A DNA stretch of 64,000 bases from Blasia pusilla. Taxonomy: Eukaryota. The stretch spans positions 8,742,001-8,806,000 of the forward strand of contig CM114271.1 in assembly GCA_050084515.1 (NCBI GenBank), read 5' to 3'. The notes beneath the pieces are model-generated. The model was not told where the DNA came from and searched no databases. It saw nothing but the letters and a program-made list of their open reading frames with translations. A program made the translations under genes and the position numbers. Below, piece after piece: positions 50,352-61,661 of this stretch (its first letter is position 1; each line of letters opens with the position of its first letter).

Positions 50352-53300
50352 ATGGATAATTATGTTAAGCTCACTTATGGCAATCATCTGGCGGCCCTTC
50401 CTCAATCAGAAATCATTCGACCCCAAGCTCATGAGTCTTTCGTAGCAGTGGATGAAAATTTTCCGTCTGTTCGATTTCTTCTTCAAATTGGAACCATCTT
50501 TGTATCCAAAGATGTTAGGGTGGAAGGTACGGAAGAAATAATAGGTGAGACGGTCCAGCCAATGACCTCAGACCAGTAAAGTATGGAATCTCCTACATGC
50601 TTAAATGGTCAATACTGAGTTTACGGCCCGCCTCGATTCGTCTGTTTCCCAAGTAGACGGTCTAGAATTTCCTAGTGCTCCGAGCTCTACGTTTGCAACT
50701 CCAAGCTCTGCAGATCCGGCTTCGACTCCAACTTTGCACACTCGTAACAATGTTGTTCTTCTTGAAGAGATTCCGGATGTTATCAACCTCAGCGGATCTA
50801 TCGGACACCAATCGGGCCCTGTGTCCGCCTACTCGTTCCTCTTGCGAGTATCAGGCAATAGTTTGCTTTCGTCTGTGCCCTTGAAAATGTTCAAGCCCAT
50901 TCTTGTCCTCAAGCTGCCGCCCACGTGCGATGGTAATTGCATTTTTGAGTTGCCTCCACTTGCTGCTCCTGCTCAAAAGAAGGATGGAGGACGCCTGAAG
51001 GGTATGGACAGAAAGTCTGATTGTCATCGATGGTGCACGCTTCAACGGACCAGTGCTTCCATCCCAGATGGTCCTTGGATTGTCTACCGCCGCCAATGCG
51101 TGGAAGCCTTGGAGTGTAGAAGTCCAGCATGCCCGTATCTAGAGGGCAACGTGCAAGTCAATACGTCGCAATTCCCCCCCAAGAATGCAGAAACTCCATA
51201 CGAGGTGGGTGCCACAATACCGCCGGGAGGCCATCGATGTCCTCATTGTCGCACGCCTTCTGCGTTGGAGCGTGTCCTGCATACATATTTTTCATTGTCC
51301 ATGACTTGGGCTCCACGTCAGAGTATACAAGGCTGGCAGTTCATGTAGGCTCCCTCACTCATCCTGTGACCGATGCAATTCAAAGACACATCAAGGAGGA
51401 TGTGGCGAAGAAAGTAGCCGAGGTCTTCAGAAACTCTCCGGGTTCAAAGCCCGGGGTGATCAAGCTCACAACGGCATCAAAAATTTGTGAACAATTGCTT
51501 GGAATCCCTCGACAGGGCGAGATCACGGCGGTTGAGGAGAAACAACTCTGGGAAAATCTCGCATTTCTCGCTGATCCTGAATGCTTTGGGAATTTGTTGC
51601 GTCAAATACGAGTTCTGGATGGAAAGACGGCCGAAATGGATGCCATCGCCAGAATCAAGGCCAACTCCAGATTTACATTCATTCAGAGATGGCAGTTCAT
51701 GGGCCAAGGAGGCGAGGGATCCAGGGCCTATGTCTTCAAAATGTCAACCACAGGTCCCTCGAGTGGCCTCGATCTTATAGATCGAATGAGGGAAGGGAAG
51801 ATCTTTACGGAGCTGGTCGACTTTGATATTTGCTCTGAGTCTTTGAACGGATGGTTGACGATGGGTGCTCACATTTATGACCATGTGGAGAAGGGACTCA
51901 AAACTATATTTGTGTGTGAAGTAAAGGCAGAAGACGTTGGCAGTTTGAAGATGTGATGGTTACTCTTATTGGAGGTGGTGAAGGAAAACAAAAGGCCACC
52001 TCCGGAAATTTATGGGTTCATGGCGGACAATGCACAACCTGGGTGGATTGCTATTCGGGAAGTGTTCTGGGGTGGAGAGGTTCAACCGGAGAGGGAAAGG
52101 TCGGATGCTTTCCATTGGCAACAGTCTGTGACCCGATACACCAAATCTTGCATCAAGGAGAATAAGAGGATAGAGCATGTCATTCTACTCCAACGCTGCA
52201 AGGACAGAAAAACCTTGAAGCAGGCCATGGACTGCCAGGAAGAACTTCATGGGTGGTGGAGGAAGCATGCGATTGAGGGGAAGTACAAAGAGTTGTGCTC
52301 TTGGTTGAGTTGGTGGACTGTACGTATGAGACAATGGGGAAACTTCATGCGGCAGGTGAGTTCACTATTTTGTCTTGTCAAGCTCACGCTGAGAATTGTT
52401 TGTAAAGTTGTAGCTCAGGGTGAGAAGCGTGGAAATTATATGGATTTCAAACCCAAGAAACCAAGCAAGCTGTCGGATGCGACGGGTTGCCCGAGTGTGC
52501 AACCCGACGGAAACCGACGGGTGGCCCGAGTGTGCAACTCGACGGAAACTGACGGGTTGCCCAAGTGTGCAACTCGACGGAAACCGACGGGTTGCCCAAG
52601 GGTGCAACCCGACGGAAACCGACGGGTTGCATCCAGATGTTTGGTGCAACCCGAGTGTGCAACCCGTCGGGACCCGACGGGTCACAGAGTCGTTCATGGG
52701 ATGCCTCGGCCTTGCAACCCGTTGGGTTCCGACGGGTTGCACGAGGTGGGTTTAAGGTTACAACACGTCGGTTTCCGTCGGGTCGCAGAGTCGTTCATGG
52801 GATGCCTCGGGCCTGCAACCCGTCTGGTTCCGACAGGTCGCTTATTTCTTTGACTCCTGGGTTATTTTCGTTCCCTTGTAACATTGCCGTCGTTGCAGGG
52901 ATTGAACGTTCATGAAAATGCCCTCTGCCCCAACACAAGTGGAGCAGAAAGTGTTCATTCCTCCTGGAGGTCGTCACAAGCATGCCAACAAATTTCACTT
53001 GTGGAGGCATGCCAACAAGATCAGGCAAGAGCAATGCTACAGTCTGCAGCATCCCATATCTTTCTGGTGATGAAAAATTGTATGTCGAAGCCTTCAACCG
53101 GTGCGTAGCTGGAACTCCACTCGAGCAAGACGTACACATAGGTGGGGATATTTGTGGGCGGGTTTCAAGACGTCCCATACAGATGGTGGTAGAGCAGTCC
53201 GAACGAGACTCGTGGAGACGAGATAAGTATCTTGACTTCAGCAGTGAAGAGGAAAGATCGAGGAACGAATCCGGTGATTGATTTGGATGAGGAAATTACA

Positions 53301-54330
53301 CCGCCCAAGTATTCGGGGACCCGGACCCGTCCCAAATCCGTGATGGAGTTACTTCTCCAAAATCAGTGAATGTTTTATTTCAAAAGCCCTCCGTTCTTTG
53401 GAAGTTCGCAACATCCTCCACCTGGGGTGGTTCAACAATATGGGATTCGGTAATGGAGGTGGATTGCAACCTAAAACGGTGGCATATATCTCGGAGCAAC
53501 CCAAGACGTGGACCCACTGCAGCAGGCAGTGATCTAATGGCATTAGGAGAGCATGCGGCACTTTCCTAAATAAGAAGCATATAAGGATGGGACGACCTCT
53601 GCTTGGGTTTTGGGGACTCAAAACCTTTGATCGTTTCACGAGGACCGGGGATCAATTGAAGTACTTCTTCTGCCCAAATGAATCATGCGCTTTCCGGAAG
53701 TCTTATCCGGCTGTCATTGGAGCTCTGGGGAATACCTCCACGATTTGGCCCATCGCCGCAGGCACGAACTGCACTCAAGACGAAGTGGACAATCTTACAA
53801 GTGCCGGTTTCAGACTCGTAGACGGGGGAAGTTTGGAGCATGTTCGCATTACAGAGACCTTTGCATTTCGTATTCAACCCAAGATTGATGTCAACATGTA
53901 CCCGGAGAAGGTGGATGATCTCAATCCATTATTTCTGTTTGAGTCTAGAAATGGGGTGAAGAGAAAGAGAATGTGTAGGCCAACGGTGGAGAGAGCAAAA
54001 CGAATTGCAGCAGCTCGGGAGGCAAAAATGGAGATCATCGCCACGAAATATGTCTTGAGTGGCAATGGAATAGGAAGGATGTATTGGGTCAGGAACAACA
54101 CTGTAAATTCAAGTGTCACAGGGGTGTATGTGGTGCACATCTGTTCCTTTCCCACATGTTCATGTGATGACTTTGTCCAAAGAGAGACAAGTGGCAAAAG
54201 GTATTTCCCTTGTAAGCACATGTACTATGTGTTTCTGGTAGTTTTAAGAGAGTCGGAGGTAAGAGTAGGAATCCACCAACCAATTCTGTCCCTCAAAGAA
54301 GTTCGAAGTATTTTAAACAAACCACTTTGA
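50352..54330 (+). pseudogene. Copy 3 MULE-type transposase with an intact SWIM finger
   Basis: FMADNAQPGWIAIREVFWG...AFHWQQSV; PNTSGAESVH; CSCDDFVQRETSGKRYFPCKHMYYV in ORF 53587-54330. Confidence 0.9.
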
Positions 54331-54779
54331 GGATGCAAAATGAGGTGGTTGATTGTACTTTTATTTTTTTCTCAACCTTCACTGTGAGCTTGAATTCTAT
54401 TTAGCCCGGGGAAAATGATAGATTTTTTCCAGACCTTGGATGGAAAAAGTGATTGGTTCCACACTTATGATTCCACTGATTTTTCAGTTTTGTAAATTTT
54501 GTGCAATTTGCAACTCGTCGGACTCACAGGGGTTACCAAAATATGGAAGAGGAAAAAAAAACTGTGGGATTGTTTAATAAATGAACAAAAATGTGCAAAA
54601 AATTCACACAAAAAGTTTCCTCTCTTCAACCCAACGGAAACTCTCTTAAAAAAAAGTATCTATTTCGGTTGAAGGTAGTTTCCTCTCTCCTCTCTCCTCT
54701 CTTCCTCTCTTCCTCTCCTCTTACCGCACCTCGTTTCCTCTCTCCTCTCTCCTCTCTTCCTCTCCTCTTACCGCACCTC

Positions 54780-56907
54780 TTGCTTGCATGTCAGACAACA
54801 TTCAAGGAGTTGAAGCATGCACTAATGATAGCTCTTGTGCTTCGTCCTCCAGACTGGACGAAGACATTCCAGGTGTATGTAGACACCTCTTTGTTTGCGA
54901 TTGGTGTAGTACTATGTCAGTTAGATGAGAAGAAGAAGGATTACCCTATCTATTATGCAGGTCGGCAACTCTCCGTGGCAGAGCAGAAGTACATTACTAC
55001 ACAGAGGGAGGCCTTGGGAATGGTCTTTGCCTGCAAGAAGTTCCGGCATTACTTGATGGGGTACCCATTTGTTTTTCATGTCGATCATTTTGTGCTTCGT
55101 GCCTTGATGGTCAAAGCAGATATGTCAGGCAGGATTGCCTAGTGGATACTCTTGCTACAAGAGTTCACATTTGATGTGGTAACAAGAGCGGGGAAAATCC
55201 ACCCCAATGCGGATTTCCTATCACGGTGGAGGGCGCCGAAGGCCGAACTCACGAAGTCCCTAGAAGATGATTTTCCGGACGAGAAGCTGTTCCTGATTAG
55301 CGAAGAGACCTTGAAAAGATCTTCATACGAGGACATTTTGCGGTTCCTCGTCACTTTCTGATTTCGAGCCCCTATGACAGTAGAAGAACATGCAGTGTTT
55401 TTACATAAGGTAGGGCCTTATGAGCTCTGCCGGGAGGTGTTATTCAAGCTTGGCGCAGACAAAGAATACCGGAGATGCTTGGAGAAGGAGGAATTACCTC
55501 AAGTGATTGTTGTTATGCAGTCGTAGGATGCATGAGGGCATTATGCAGTTAAGAATATGGTCAAGAAGATCCTGGCCGCACGCTATTGGTGGCCCACAAT
55601 GTATCGGGATATCAGGTTCTTTATACAAAAGTGTGATGCTTGTCAAAGAGCAAGAAGGCCCACAGTAACCTCTCGCTGGCCTTTGGTACCTATTCTTCCC
55701 TTGGCCCCTTTTGAGAAGTGCCATATGCATTGATCGAGGATGTGCTGTTCAAACTTGGACCAGATGACAGGTTGAGAAGGTTTGTGAGTAAGGGAGAAAG
55801 TCTGAGAATCATGCACACATTCCACTCAAGAGAGGAGGGGGGTCACTTTGGAGTGGAGACCACCATCAAGAAAATTCAAACTGCAGGGTACTGGTGGCCT
55901 ACCCTCCATAGAGATGTGCACAAGTACATCAGAAGTTGTGACCCTTGCCAACATTCAGGCAAACCTTTAGTTAAGGATCACTGGCCACTCACACCTATCA
56001 TCCCTTTGGGTCCTTTTGCTAAGTGGGGAATTGACTTCATTGGTCCTATCACTCCTGCTAGTAAGGGCCATAGAAATAGGTACATTATTCTAGCCACTGA
56101 TTATGCTACTAAGTGGGTGGAAGCTAAGGCCACAAGGAAGAATGATGGTGAAACTGCTGGGAGGTTCTTGTATGAGCATATTCTCATGAGGTTTGGTGCT
56201 CCATGGGAGTTAGTGAGTGATAGAGGTTTGCACTTCATTAATGAGGTGATTCAGGCTATAACAGAGCAGCACCGAATCAAGCATAGGTTGACCACGCCTT
56301 ACAACCCTAAGGCTAATAGTCTCACTGAGAGAGCCAATGGGATCATTGGTGCTATTTTGACCGAGATGGTGGCAGCTCACAAATCAAATTGGGATAGGAA
56401 ATAAGCTTCAACTGTCCATGCTTACAACACAGCTGAGAAGAGTACCATAGGGAAAAGTCCCTACTTCTTGGTGTATGGGCAGAACCCTCTCTCGGTAGTA
56501 GAGTTGGAGTTGAAGACTGATCATACTCTAGAAGGGCACTTCCAACTGAAGGTGGCATAGATAGCAGGTTGGATATGATTGATGCCCTAGAGGAGGAGAG
56601 AAAGGCAGCATTAGAGAAGACCAAGGCAGTTCAGCAACAAAGGAAGATGAGGTTTGATTACCGAATAAAGCATGATCCAGTGAAGGATGGGGACCTGGTG
56701 CTGATGTATGATAGTCGACACCAAAAGTTTCCAAGAAAGCTGCACATACGCTGGCTTGGGCCTTATCAGGTAATCTCAGTATTTGAGAATGGTTATTTGT
56801 CTTTGGCTACACTAGATGGGAAAGCATTACCGGCAAGAGTGAATGGATCGAGGATTAGAAAATACTATGACATGGGGCAGCTGATTGAAGATGGTTTTCA
56901 AAACTAG
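54780..56907 (+). pseudogene. Ty3/gypsy pol, 3' half: RNase H and integrase
   Basis: FQVYVDTSLFAIGVVL, QREALGMVFA...FRHYL and HVDH (RNase H); GGHFG...YWWPTL...CDPCQ, KWGIDFIGP, VSDRGLHF and ERANG (integrase); WLGPY (GPY/F module). Confidence 0.93.
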
Positions 56908-57039
56908 CATGCTCTCGGGGCGTTCGCAAGCTGGCCTTGGGATTATGTGCTTCATAAGTGGCTCCCATGTGTGTTAGATACTTTTGGGACTCTAGTTAGG
57001 TGAGTAGAAGGAGCTAGAACAACAATCTGCAATTTAAAT

Positions 57040-57471
57040 AGGATCATTGGTGCTATTTGGACCAAGATGGTGGCAGCTCACAAATCAAATTGGGATAGGA
57101 AATTAGCTTCAATTGTCCATGCTTACAACACAGCTGAGAAGAGTACCATAGGGAAAAGTCCCTACTTCTTGGTGTATGGGCAGAACCCTCTCTCGGTAGT
57201 AGAGTTGGAGTTGAAGACTGATCATACTCTAGAAGGGCACTTCCAACCTGAAGGTGGCATAGATAGCAGGATGGATATGATTGATGCCCTAGAGGAGGAG
57301 AGAAAGGCAGCATTAGAGAAGACCAAGGCAATTCAGCAACAAAGGAAGATGAGGTTTGATAACCGAATACAACATGATCCAGTGAAGGATGGGGACATGG
57401 TGCTGATGTATGATAGTCGACCCCAAAAGTTTCCAGGAAAGTTGCACCTTCGACTGCTTAGGCCTTATCAG
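57040..57471 (+). repeat. Near-identical duplication of the integrase C-terminal segment (~56339-56769)
   Basis: ggatcattggtgctattt...ggccttatcag is repeated; ORF 57067-57507 matches the 56366-56770 translation. Confidence 0.9.
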
Positions 57472-57866
57472 CTGAAGAGCATCCAGGGGAGTGATGAGAT
57501 CAGGTGAAGAGCATCCAAGGGAGTGATGAGATCAGGTGAAGAGCATCCAAGGGAGTGATGAGATCAGGTGAAGAGCATCCAAGGGAGTGATGAGATCAGG
57601 TGAAGAGCATCCAGGGGAGTGATTAGAGCAGGTGGAGCTGAAGAGCATCCAAGGGAGTGATGAGATCAGGTGAAGAGCATCCAAGGGAGTGATGAGATCA
57701 GGTGAAGAACATCCAGGGGAGTGATGAGATCAGGTGAAGAGCATCCAAGGGAGTGATGAGATCAGGTGAAGAACATCCAAGGGAGTGATGAGATCAGGTG
57801 AAGAGCATCCAAGGGAGTGATGAGAGCAGGTGGAGCTGAAGAGCATCCAGGGGAGTGATGAGAGCA
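57472..57866. repeat. 32-bp minisatellite GGTGAAGAGCATCCAAGGGAGTGATGAGATCA, about 12 units
   Basis: Directly visible; two units carry a 6-nt extension (GGAGCT). Confidence 0.95.
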
Positions 57867-59301
57867 GATGGGGTTGAAGAGCAAACAAGGGAAGCTCAAA
57901 CCAGCTTGAGAAGAAGCAACCATGGGAAGAATGTAAAGGTAGGTCTTACCTTCAAGCATGTCCAAGAGACAAGTCGAGCCTATGCCATCAATGGTGCTCA
58001 AGAGACTTTAGTTAGGATAGGTTCAGAAGTAGATGAGGTAGAAATTTCAGGCAGTACATGCCTTGGAGTAGATGCTTAGGGGGAGGTAGATTTGTACGAA
58101 GGTAGGAACCCAGAATGCTAGAGAAGCCCAAGTGGGAAGAGGGCTCTCAGCTTCACTTATAACTACTGTGTTGGGTTTGCTTGAAGGCGGGCATATAAAT
58201 GTTGTTGGCTAGTAGACACTCGATCTCTTGAGCCAAGCTAACCAGCAGATTTATGTGCTCCCAGATCTAGGTAGTGTGTATTGTGCTTGAAGGGGGCTGA
58301 GACTAAGAGGGTCTCCCATGTACTCGATGATTTTGTGATACACGGAAGGTAGCCCTATGAAATGAGTTCACTCCATTGTCTTGTATCTGAGTATGTGCAT
58401 GATTGAGTGATGAGTTGGGGGGCTTGATGAAGGGAGATTCTTGGAGCTGATTCAACTAATCATTCAAAAGTGTAGTGAGTGGACAAGAGGCTGTACTAGT
58501 AGAGGGGAGGCAAGCTTGGGTTCCAAGATTGTGCTCCACCAAGGTGTGCTTGGAAAGCTTGTTGTTTTGCCCACCTAAGCTTGGCCTTTGACACCAATCA
58601 TTGATTACTTCCAGGGTGTGACAACCTAGACTTCCAGGTCTGGTAAGTGATAAGAGTTTGGAGAGAGAGAGAGAGTCATGCTTGAGCTCCCCTATAGGTA
58701 GAAGACCATGGGCTCAGCCTGTTAAGTCTCCTACTACCTGAACAAGAAGGGAGAACAAAGGATCAACAAGGTAAGAGGAGAAGAAGAAGGTGATTGCATT
58801 ACCTGATCGGTTAGGAGTTGGGTGTACTTTAGAGGATGTCCTTGGTACATTCAACTAGTCCAAGGCAGCACATTGGAGGACCTTATGCTGCCCTGGTCAT
58901 TCTTGACTGTGATTTCTAAGTAGAGTGTGCTTGTTGGGTTCCACTGGCCACTCCACTCAAAGCACTCAAGAGAAAGGAAGGAGTTTTGGTTAGTAGGGTG
59001 AGGATAGGATTGTGATAGTGAAGTGGAGAGAGTTTCTCCAGCCTCTTAAGGTAAAGAGGTGGGGTTTACAGTTGTTAAGGAGTACATCTTGTAGATCTGA
59101 TCTTCTGATCTGGCCCTAAGCTCTTACATGGGACCGAACTGGTGGAACTAGCAACATTTTCACCTGGGTTGTATGTTGGTCATGTATTACATGGTGAGAC
59201 AGGTGGCGTTACTCACGGAACTACATTCAAGTTCCAATGTTGTTGAATTTGGCAAGAAGGGATACAAGTATCGGGCGCAGCCGGCCTCTTAGTTTGCTGA
59301 T

Positions 59302-61400
59302 TTGTGGCACCTCACGTATGAGCTTCCCGCGGCATCTGAAGAGGAGCTTGATTGTGACGCTCTTGTTCAACATGAAGAATTGGAAGAGTTTGGTTGCGTA
59401 ACATCGGAACGATTGGGAAGAAACGGCTACAAGACACAGATGTTGAGTCCTCCCCTGTTTGCGCAATTTTGTGAGGTATACCATGTCTTGTTCAATCTGG
59501 GTAGAACGTAATATATGAGCAATAAGCTCGTGAAACACTGTTATACTCTTTGGAACATGCATTTGCAGCCCAAAGATCCAGGAGTAGATTTTGCGGGGAT
59601 TGTACACGCCCATGTAATTAATTTGATAGCAGCGTTAACACCGAGAGAGAAATCGTATCTCTCTCCCTTCTTAATTTGTTTGTATCTACAAGTCGGGGAG
59701 ATTACCCTCGACGAGTCTTCGGAGTGGGTCACGGCTACTCTAATTCGAAGACCGAAGACCACTGAAGCATCTGCTTTGGGTTCTAGAGAAGTAGCGGTGG
59801 TAACACCAGTAGGAGGGCTGGTATTCTGGCAGGAGAGAGGAAGAGAGGAGAGGAAGAGAGGAGAGTCTCTCTTAAAAAAAAAAAGGCATAAAAGGGAAAA
59901 AAATTTGAAACTCTCTTCAAAAAATATGAAGATTATGGATAATAAGTCAGTAATTTTTTTGGAGATTTTTTTGAAGAGAAGAAACTTAGTGCAGCCCGCC
60001 GGAATCCGATGGGTTGCAATTTTTTGGTTTTTTTTTTTTGGTTGGGTTCAGGAAAAAAATGAAATTTTTTACTTAACCATTAAAAAAAAACCAAAAAAAT
60101 TGCAACCTGTCCGATTCCGACGGGTTGAAAAGGTAAAAAAGAAATTTCAAAATTTTTTTCCCCACCAAATTTTTTTTTGGAAAAAATTTGCCTTTTCAAC
60201 TTGTTAAAACTTTCCTCTCTCCAACCTGTCGGAGACTCTCTTCAAACCAAAAGAGCCCTAGGGGTTGCCAATATCTTCCTCTCTCCTCTCTCCTCTCCTC
60301 AACACCTCAAAGTGTGCCAAGAACCAGGCAGAGGCCAGCAGAAGGGTCTTCTTCCTGGCCGCCCTCACAATCGCCTGAGGTACCGAGACCTAAGAGGGTT
60401 CGAATCGAAGCACATCAAGAAGCGGAGGAGGAGTCAACATAGACACCCGCAACCAAAGCAGTCAAACCAACAGTCGTCCCTTCCGATTCTGTAGACAGTT
60501 TTGTTGTGCAGCTTGTACACACAACCTTGAGACATTTGACTTCGTTTCTAGAAATCGCGGAACCACTAGTCGGGGAGCTCAAGCAGATCGGAAACTTGTC
60601 TGACCACGCTTTGGTACAAGAGTACATAGACGTCCTCAGGAACCTACGGCTTACTCAGATGCAACAAACGATCAATGAGTCAATGGAGCGCCAGAATCGG
60701 GCGCAAGAAATGAAAATTGGAGAACTGAAGAACGCTCTTCGCCGAGCAGAACCAAAGCTAGTAGACGCACGATATGAAGCATGCAATGCCCGACAGTGGG
60801 AGAGCTTGGCCATCGACATCGAGCATGGAGGAGATCAGATCATTGCGCAATTACAGCAGTCTTTGTTGAATATGGAGAAGCTGCAAGAGCGGATTGATCT
60901 TCTCCAGGCTAGTTTCCAAAGTGTGATGTTGGAGAGTGCAAAGAAAGGGAAGTTGATTAGGGATCAACAAAAAACAAATAATGACTTGGTATCTCAGTGG
61001 TGCCGAGTCACAACAAAGCTTGCATTGCTAGAGGCCGATCAAAAACTTAGGGCGGAAGTACGCGAAGAACCATAAGAGGCCCACGATTTAATCAATGAGG
61101 CAATCCAGAATTTTGAAGCCTAAATCACGGAGGAGCTGGAGTATATCGACCAGCATTGGAAGAGAAATTTTGCACAACATACAGTTGCGTTACCTGAGGT
61201 GGCAGATCCACCGAGTGTACAAGAACCGCCCATAGCCCTTTTCGTACCTTCGGAGGTAAGAGTGCAGAACAAAGTGTTAGGTTCTTTGAAGGTTGTAGAA
61301 GGATGGAGGGAGTGGATGAAGAATAACATGCCTAATATTGTCAACATACCTTCGACCATTCATGGTTGACCTCCTCCTAATGTAGAAATTGTAGAATTAC
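59302..61400 (+). pseudogene. Broken ORF of unknown function with a coiled-coil C-terminal part, possibly an accessory 3' ORF of a gypsy element
   Basis: Same-strand fragments at 59302-59807, 60301-60442 and 60506-61075; the halves join as VVTP-QSVPR across a 0.5-kb insertion. Confidence 0.4.
59813..60300 (+). mobile_element. ~0.5-kb non-autonomous derivative of the Mutator-like family
   Basis: Family left end GAGGGCTGGTATTCTGGCAGGAGAGAG, internal palindromes at ~59991-60018 and ~60101-60127, CT-rich right end; AACACC duplicated at 59802-59807 and 60301-60306. Confidence 0.75.
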
Positions 61401-61661
61401 CAGATGACATGAGTCCTTAGGCACATTACATCACTAGAGTAGAGTAGAAGAGTGTTTGCTGGGATGGTTCATATTTGAGTGAGGAGGTATGTAGTGCCCA
61501 CGTTTTTGAAATTTTGACAGAAAGATCAAGTTTTGTACAGAAGTTTTCCTTGAGCAAGGACTAAAGACTCAATACCGGAAGTAAAGAGCCTTACTTTACT
61601 GAAATTATGTGAAGAATGACTAACAAAACTCTGACGAGAGGACAAGAGATGTTAATAGATT

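Larger units (their letters stand above)
42763..54732 (+). mobile_element. Mutator-like element, copy 3, nested in the right subterminal repeat of copy 2
   Basis: Perfect 9-bp TSD GTTTCCTCT at 42754-42762 and 54733-54741; ends GGGGGCTGGTATTCTGG ... CTTACCGCACCTC. Confidence 0.95.
31035..54779 (+). mobile_element. Mutator-like element, copy 2 (31035-42762 plus terminal 54733-54779), inserted in gypsy pol
   Basis: Starts GGGGGTTGGTATTCTGGCAGG and ends CTTACCGCACCTC; flanked by TTGCCAGCA (31026-31034) and TTGCTTGCA (54780-54788), a 7/9 TSD; removing it restores the pol frame EWLPA-CQTTFKELK. Confidence 0.92.

Noticed and set aside
31035-54779. Simple tandem segmental duplication or assembly duplication
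   Set aside because: The copies differ by many substitutions and private indels, and the perfect 9-bp TSD plus the displaced right end show a nested insertion
57472-57866. CRISPR array or coding repeat
   Set aside because: Head-to-tail units without unique spacers, and the 32-bp unit does not preserve a reading frame
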